Positions 26,437 through 32,000 of a stretch of DNA of 32,000 nt are shown here, one piece after another. Position 1 is the stretch's first letter; each line of letters begins with the position of its first letter. The notes under the pieces are model-generated. The model was not told the DNA's origin, did not search any database, and saw only the letters and a list, made by a program, of their open reading frames with translations. This stretch comes from Wolbachia endosymbiont of Cimex lectularius. Its GTDB lineage: Bacteria > Pseudomonadota > Alphaproteobacteria > Rickettsiales > Anaplasmataceae. The DNA is taken from positions 840,001 through 872,000 of the forward strand of contig NZ_AP013028.1 in the NCBI RefSeq assembly GCF_000829315.1. Reading direction: 5' to 3'. Made by a program: the position numbers and the translations under genes.

Positions 26437-27603
26437 ATGAGTGAAAAGAAATATATTTTTAAGATAGACCACAGTAAGGCCATTGAAAAGTTTGGAAGAA
26501 ACCTTGAGACTCATGGTAGAGAGAAAATCACTAGCAGCGACTTTAAAGTAACATGTGTTAATTGTTTATATTATAAAGAAATCGAAGTTGATGCAAATTA
26601 CTACCCGTACAGGCCGATGCTCTTTATCCCTGACTTACATTTTACTATAGTAAAAAGTGAAAGCGTAATTGATATAGTAAAAGATGAAGATGGTTCAGTT
26701 AAGATAATGAGAAGTAATGAATATGGAGATGAAAATGTAATTGCTTACTTTTCGGATAAAGATGGAAATATGACTCATGATCCTCAATATTTTGAAAAGG
26801 TGATAATTAATATTATAAAAGACTTCAAAGACTTATATGATGCAATATCAAATTGTGGTATTCTTCTGCTTGAGAATTTGACAGATACTTACATTCAAAA
26901 CATAATAGAGTACTTAACAGGAAACCAACTTCAAGCCCTAGCAGAGCACTTAAGCGACGATCAACTCCAAGCTTTGGTAGATCATTTAACTAATCACCAA
27001 CTCAAAACTCTCGCTCAGGAGTTAAATGAGACAAAACTGAAAGTTATCGTTCCTATTTTAGATGAGAATCAGCTTGAAACTCTAGTAAAAGAGTTAAAAC
27101 CAGGACAATTAGAAAACGTCTTACCCCACTTAAAAATGGATCAGTTTAAAGTACTCATTAACAGTATAGATGACCCTCAACTTATAGATCTAACAAGAAA
27201 TTTATCTGACCACCACTTAACCATTCTTTCTAAGGAACTATGGCATGAACGACTTCAGTTCCTAGTACACACTTTAGAAGGAGATAAATTAAAGGATTTA
27301 GTCAATAAGCTAGATCACGAGAAGCTTGAAGTAATAGCTCAAAATTTAACCGATCCTGGCAGAATTAAACTTATAATTGATTCCCTAACTGACTCTGAAA
27401 AACTTCAAATTTTTGCTCACAATATTTCTGAACAGCTATTCGCAGAACTTTTGAATAATCTCGATACAAAAGAGCTTAAAGATATTATTCACAAGCTGCC
27501 TTATGAGAAAGTCACAACTGTGATTGGTCAATCAGGTGATAAACATCAACTTGATTTTATTGTTAGAGTATTGGAGGAGAAGTTTGGGGATCAGTTCAAA
27601 TAA
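26437..27603 (+). CDS. hypothetical protein with about 18 tandem 12-residue LxxxQLxxLxxx helical repeats
   Basis: 388-aa ORF. From residue 145 to 365 (26869-27531) the sequence is in strict 12-aa phase: LTGNQLQALAEH / LSDDQLQALVDH / LTNHQLKTLAQE / LNETKLKVIVPI / LDENQLETLVKE and so on. Confidence 0.7.
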   Translation: MSEKKYIFKIDHSKAIEKFGRNLETHGREKITSSDFKVTCVNCLYYKEIEVDANYYPYRPMLFIPDLHFTIVKSESVIDIVKDEDGSVKIMRSNEYGDENVIAYFSDKDGNMTHDPQYFEKVIINIIKDFKDLYDAISNCGILLLENLTDTYIQNIIEYLTGNQLQALAEHLSDDQLQALVDHLTNHQLKTLAQELNETKLKVIVPILDENQLETLVKELKPGQLENVLPHLKMDQFKVLINSIDDPQLIDLTRNLSDHHLTILSKELWHERLQFLVHTLEGDKLKDLVNKLDHEKLEVIAQNLTDPGRIKLIIDSLTDSEKLQIFAHNISEQLFAELLNNLDTKELKDIIHKLPYEKVTTVIGQSGDKHQLDFIVRVLEEKFGDQFK

Positions 27604-27621
27604 AACGAAGAGGTTATTGAG

Positions 27622-27726
27622 ATGCTCAAGCAAATCAAGGAGGATATGCCATACTTTGCACATGATCAAAATTTCACAGCAGAAGATGGCGATACATATC
27701 CTTATGATTCGTCAATACTTGTATAA
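27622..27726 (+). CDS. small ORF (34 aa), in frame with and 18 nt after the stop of the repeat protein
   Basis: Reads MLKQIKEDMPYFAHDQNFTAEDGDTYPYDSSILV. It shares IKE..MPY(F/Y) and a 12-nt identity (ATATGCCATACT) with the C-terminus of the next gene. It may be a detached C-terminus rather than an independent gene. Confidence 0.35.
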   Translation: MLKQIKEDMPYFAHDQNFTAEDGDTYPYDSSILV

Positions 27727-27764
27727 TTGAAATTTTTACTTTTTAATTTTCCATAGGAGGTCGT

Positions 27765-28142
27765 ATGACTAAAGAAATGCAACAACTTCAAAAACCTACA
27801 TTTGTCAAACCTGTGTTTGCAAAGCCGACAATCACTCCGCTATTTTTTGATAAAAAGGCGAATAAAGAAATTGATATCACCGGTGATGTCAACACTGCAG
27901 AGATCGATGAAAGAATGATGGTAAATGTTGTTAGATTTAAAGCTTTTTATGATAGTTTAATAAACAACATCAACGAATACAACAACAGTATAAGTTCTAA
28001 TATTGAAAATGGCGTAATAAATCCACTATCAGCAACTATAGATAGTATAGGTACGAAAACAAAGGAAATAATGGATAAAATCAAAGAAATTGAGGAAAAT
28101 ATGCCATACTACTCACCAACACAGGCAGGAGATATATTATAG
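27765..28142 (+). CDS. hypothetical protein (125 aa)
   Basis: A strong AGGAGG Shine-Dalgarno lies 5 nt upstream of the ATG. The C-terminus is IMDKIKEIEENMPYYSPTQAGDIL. A hairpin terminator follows. Confidence 0.6.
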   Translation: MTKEMQQLQKPTFVKPVFAKPTITPLFFDKKANKEIDITGDVNTAEIDERMMVNVVRFKAFYDSLINNINEYNNSISSNIENGVINPLSATIDSIGTKTKEIMDKIKEIEENMPYYSPTQAGDIL

Positions 28143-28191
28143 ATATAGAGATGCAATCTCAAGGTAATTTTAGATAGTATATACCAAGCAA

Positions 28192-28229
28192 GAAAACAAC
28201 AGCCTGATATCAGGCTGTTGTTTTCTTTG
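28192..28229 (+). terminator. rho-independent terminator
   Basis: GAAAACAACAGCC...GGCTGTTGTTTTC forms a perfect 13-bp stem (28192-28225), followed by TTTG. Confidence 0.75.
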
Positions 28230-28471
28230 CATGCTATTTTAGTACAAGTTTTAAAATTTTAATTTTTGCAGGAGTTAACGTGAGTAATTACAGTGAACAG
28301 GAAAGTGAAAACAATTTCAAAACAATAAGCAGAATAGAAGTTAAACACAGACCTCCATCTTTCGAGTAGTAGAAAGGAAATAATGCACAAGATACCCTCT
28401 TGTTTTTTAACACAGTTAATATCTTGACTTTATCTGGTTAATACCCCAAATTGTGGAAAACAGAAAGTTCT

Positions 28472-29257
28472 ATGGCAACAAGTCTACTACAAGGCAAAAA
28501 GGGATTAATAACTGGAATAACAAACAAGAGGTCGATAGCATACGGCATAGCAAAAACTCTCTCAGAGCACGGAGCAGAACTTGCAATCACTTATCAAAAC
28601 GAAATGGTAAGGGAGAGATTATCACCGGTAGCAGCTGAGCTAAATGTGGAGTTAGTACTAAATTGTGATATTGCAAATGAGGAGACCATAGATGAGGTTT
28701 TTAAGATAATAGAAAAAAAATGGGGCACTCTTGATTTTTTGGTACACGCAATTGCATTCTCTGACAAGAATGAACTCGGTGGTAAATATGTTAACACATC
28801 ACTGAGCAACTTCCTCAACGCAATGCATATATCATGCTATTCTTTTACTGCTCTAGCGCAAAGAGCTGAAAAGATAATGCCAAACGGCGGTAGTTTACTC
28901 ACTTTGTCTTACTATGGCGCTGAAAAAGTTATGCCAAATTATAATGTTATGGGCCTATGTAAAGCAGCACTCGAAGCAAGTGTAAGATATATAGCATGCG
29001 ACCTTGGACCGCAAAACATCAGAGTGAATGCCATTTCTGCTGGTCCAATTAGAACTTTAGCATCTTCTGGAATAAGCAATTTTCACTTCATATCAGAATG
29101 GAACAGAAATAATTCTCCACTAAGGCGCAATACTACAATAGAAGACGTTGGAAAAGCAGCGCTGTATTTGCTGAGTGACTTAAGTAGCGGTACCACTGGG
29201 GAAGTTTTACATGTTGATTCAGGATATAATGTGGTAGGGATGAAAGCAATTGATTAG
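28472..29257 (+). CDS. fabI: enoyl-[acyl-carrier-protein] reductase (NADH)
   Basis: SDR fold: GKKGLITGI..SIAYGIA, and the YYGAEKVMPNYNVMGLCKAALEA Tyr-x6-Lys catalytic motif. ATG at 28472 is preferred to TTG at 28451. Confidence 0.92.
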   Translation: MATSLLQGKKGLITGITNKRSIAYGIAKTLSEHGAELAITYQNEMVRERLSPVAAELNVELVLNCDIANEETIDEVFKIIEKKWGTLDFLVHAIAFSDKNELGGKYVNTSLSNFLNAMHISCYSFTALAQRAEKIMPNGGSLLTLSYYGAEKVMPNYNVMGLCKAALEASVRYIACDLGPQNIRVNAISAGPIRTLASSGISNFHFISEWNRNNSPLRRNTTIEDVGKAALYLLSDLSSGTTGEVLHVDSGYNVVGMKAID

Positions 29258-29323
29258 TTCAAAGTTGAGTGTGAGAAAAAAGCCTTTCTAAAACTGGTAA
29301 TATGATTTATAGTCGGTAATGCA

Positions 29324-29821
29324 GTGTTTAAATACTTTATGCTCAAGAAATTAGCTTGGTATTGGTCCTTTGTAGAATTAATTAAAGGGTTTATTATTAC
29401 GCTTAGATATGCGTTTAAACCAAAAGTGACGCTTAGGTACCCTATGGAGAAGGGACCTTTAAGTCCAAGATTTCGCGGTGAGCATGCGTTGCGTAGATAT
29501 TCAAACGGTGAAGAACGATGCATAGCTTGTAAATTATGTGAAGTTATCTGCCCTGCTCAGGCGATAGTGATTGAAGCAGAGGAAAGAGAAGATGGCAGCC
29601 GTTGCACTACGCGTTATGATATTGACATGACGAAGTGCATATATTGCGGGCTTTGCCAGGAGGCATGTCCAGTCGATGCAATTGTCGAGGGCCCTAATTT
29701 TGAGTTTGCAACAGAAACGAGGGAGGAATTAATGTACAACAAAGAAAAGTTATTGCGCAATGGTGATGTTTGGGAGGAAGCAATTGCACTCAGATTGAAA
29801 AAGAATAGACCGTATTACTAA
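29324..29821 (+). CDS. nuoI: NADH-quinone oxidoreductase subunit I
   Basis: Two 4Fe-4S motifs, [12 protein letters not shown] and [12 protein letters not shown]. Its length of about 160 aa is typical of NuoI. Confidence 0.93.
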   Translation: MFKYFMLKKLAWYWSFVELIKGFIITLRYAFKPKVTLRYPMEKGPLSPRFRGEHALRRYSNGEERCIACKLCEVICPAQAIVIEAEEREDGSRCTTRYDIDMTKCIYCGLCQEACPVDAIVEGPNFEFATETREELMYNKEKLLRNGDVWEEAIALRLKKNRPYY

Positions 29822-29836
29822 TGTTAAAAGTTTAAA

Positions 29837-29926
29837 CCTCTGTCATTCCGGTGTCCTTTCGTGTCATCCAAGTAGCTTCACTTCCTGTCATTCCAGCGCC
29901 TCCTCCTGTCATCCCAGTGCTTGACA
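29837..29926 (+). repeat. array of 4 half-palindrome units (GTCATYCCRGYG type)
   Basis: CTGTCATTCCGGTGTCC / GTGTCATCCAAGTAGC / CTGTCATTCCAGCGCC / CTGTCATCCCAGTGCTTGACA, lying directly upstream of MITE M2. Confidence 0.7.
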
Positions 29927-30154
29927 CACAACTGTACGAACATTGCAATTAGCAGGTAATTTGCGTAACAGATGGTGTCATGCCAGTGCTCCGACACTGG
30001 GATCCAGCCTTTCCATAATCATTAAAACGTCGTATTTTAACATAAAACAGCTACTTTTATACTCACCAACTTAATAAAATTCCTGGATGCCAGTGTCAAG
30101 CACTGGCATGACACCCTAGTGGTAGGCTCAAATCACAATGTTCATACAGTTGTG
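29927..30154. mobile_element. MITE-like element M2 (228 bp) with a 9-bp flanking direct repeat
   Basis: CACAACTGTACGAACATTG (29927-29945) versus CAATGTTCATACAGTTGTG (30136-30154). TGCTTGACA occurs at 29918-29926 and again at 30155-30163. Confidence 0.75.
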
Positions 30155-30347
30155 TGCTTGACACTGGCATCCAATATACTACTTTAGTAGTAAATATTTA
30201 AGAAATTTACTAGATTGTGATTGTAATTTTATGATGATTTTAATACTTAATATAAATATTCTAAAAGTTATATAAGAATTAATTAATATATAATGTACCT
30301 CAGATATAATGTTGTACAAAAGTATACATATTCAATAAAATATTAAC

Positions 30348-32000
30348 ATGAAAAGCTTGCTTATAGAGAGGAATAGGACAGTAATATTATTGCTTATAGT
30401 GATTTTTATTTTTGGTTTATACTCCTATATAAAAATGCCAAGGGAAAGCAACCCAGATATACAAATTCCTGTAATCAGTGTGTTTGTTGGACTTCCTGGA
30501 ATTTCTGTTGAAGATAGTGAGAAGTTATTAGCTATTCCGATAGAAAATGAACTGAGGTCCATAAAGGAGTTAAGGAGCTAAAGGCCCTAGCGACTAATGA
30601 TGGCGCTCATATAATACTTGAATTCGGTACAGAGTATAGTAACAAGGAAGTGCTCGATAACGTCCGTTCAAAGCTTTCAAATATAAAATCGAAGTTACCT
30701 GCTGAAGCGGAGTCTCCGATAATCAGTGAAATAAACTTAAGCTTATTTCCTATATTAAATGTTGGATTGGTTGGTCATTTACCAGAAAGGGCTGTGACCG
30801 ATATAGCGCGTAAGTTAAAAAAAGGAATAGAATCTCTGCCAAATGTCCTTAAGGTTGAAGTGGCGGGCGTACGTAAGGAAACGATAGAAGTGATAATTGA
30901 GCCCACAATACTAACGAAATACAACATTCAATCAGGTGAAATATTTCATGCTATATCAAGCAATAACAGATTAGTAGGAGCCGGATCGTTTGACAATGAC
31001 ACAGGCAAATACTCAATTAAAGTGTCAGGATTATTAAAAGATATAGAAGATATTATGAACATTCCTGTTAGGTCTCAAGGCGATGCAGTTTTGAGAATAA
31101 AGGATGTGGCAAAGGTGTATCCTAGATTTGAAGATTATGAAGGATTTGCTCGCATCAACGGGCTGTCTAGTGTTGTGTTAGAAGTTTCAAAACGTAATGG
31201 AAAGAACATAATAGATACAGTAAATCAGGTGAAATACCTAATAGATAAGGCAAAAGACCAATTACCTGAAAATCTAAAAGTGGTGTATTTAAACGACCAG
31301 TCAAAAAATGTCCGCAATGTGCTTGATGACCTCAAGAACGGCATAATATTTGCTGTGTTGTTGATATTAATTATAATAATACTCTCTATGGGTACAAGGA
31401 CGGCTATTCTTGTGGCACTTTCGATACCTGGCTCCTTTCTTGTTGGAATAATAGCTCTTTACTTCATGGGCATAACCTTAAATATTGTTGTGCTCTTCAG
31501 TTTAATTATGGCAGTTGGCATGTTGGTTGATGACGCAATCGTAGTTAGTGAATATGCTGATAGAAAGATGATTTATGGAATGGACAAGGTAGAAGCCTTT
31601 CACACTTCAGTTCGTGATATGTTTTCTCCAGTTCTATCATCGACATTAACTAAATTGGCAGTGTTTTTCCCTCTGTTATTTTGGCCTGATATGATTGGTA
31701 AGTTTATGCAGTATATACCAATCACAATAATTTTAACTTTGACCGGTTCGCTCATCATGGCTTTGGTTTTCATACCAACACTCGGTGCAATGTTTGGTAG
31801 GCCCTCGGTAATTTCGAAAGAAGAAGTTGAAAAAATGAACGCGATAGAAAGTGGTGAGATAAAGAATACTGGACCTATGATAAGAGCTTACGTACGTACA
31901 CTGGAGAAAGTTTTAGATCATCCTAAAAAATTTGTGTGTGCTACTATATTAGTTTTGCTCTCGTTTAGTATATTATATTTCACCTTTAGCCCTGGAGTAA
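30348..32000 (+). pseudogene. RND (AcrB/AcrD/AcrF family) efflux transporter, frameshifted; 3' end beyond the window
   Basis: The N-terminal 77 aa (TM1 plus NPDIQIPVISV) stop at 30579-30581. The protein continues without a stop in another frame from about 30566 (GVKELKALATNDGAHIILEF...) to the window end. The frame switch must lie within 30551-30578, probably at the AAA run at 30563-30565. Confidence 0.8.

Noticed and set aside
27640-28125. The MPYF/MPYY tails, considered as EPIYA-like tyrosine-phosphorylation motifs.
   Set aside because: The sequences do not fit the E-P-I-Y-A pattern closely, and there are only two instances, so I kept just the observation of a shared tail.
28280-28369. 29-aa ORF (GTG start, AGGAG upstream) between the terminator and fabI.
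   Set aside because: It is too short and has no recognisable features. It may be a gene remnant, and nothing supports it as a real gene.

Overview
This is an AT-rich window full of repeats and insertion sequences. Its gene content and the recurring GTCATCCCAGTGCTTGACA-type half-palindromes point to a Wolbachia-like Rickettsiales endosymbiont; that assignment is an inference, since no search could be run. The recognisable genes are a bioH-bioF/bioB biotin cluster, purK, apaG, an iron ABC permease, trhO, uvrA, infA-maf, a VirB8-like gene, holB, tsaC, a class I aldolase, tRNA-Cys, fabI, nuoI and an RND pump. Four 860-bp copies of one IS5-family element are present, each encoding an orfA/orfB transposase joined by a -1 slip on an A8 tract. 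One copy splits an Rpn-family nuclease gene, one truncates clpA, and two sit inside copies of another repeat family. Several genes look decayed: clpA, the RND pump, the Rpn gene, IS copy 4 and two adjacent hypothetical genes. The most interesting observations are: (1) a minus-strand, frameshifted gene at 15183-16776 whose conceptual translation carries PPPLP tracts plus an LKKV WH2-like motif and an NDVTSILERRAEIEF-SEDFDNE segment, which closely resembles the connector and acidic regions of WAVE/SCAR actin-nucleation factors; (2) a multi-copy repeat that carries a near-consensus sigma70 promoter (TTGACA-N17/18-TATAAT), a conserved core of about 190 nt and tandem hairpin-bearing sub-units, which may be an ncRNA or a leader; (3) a protein with about 18 phased 12-residue LxxxQLxxLxxx repeats, followed by two small ORFs or tails that share an IKE..MPY(F/Y) motif; (4) a roughly 228-bp MITE with 19-bp terminal inverted repeats, inserted in palindrome loops. 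No CRISPR array and no rRNA gene were seen.
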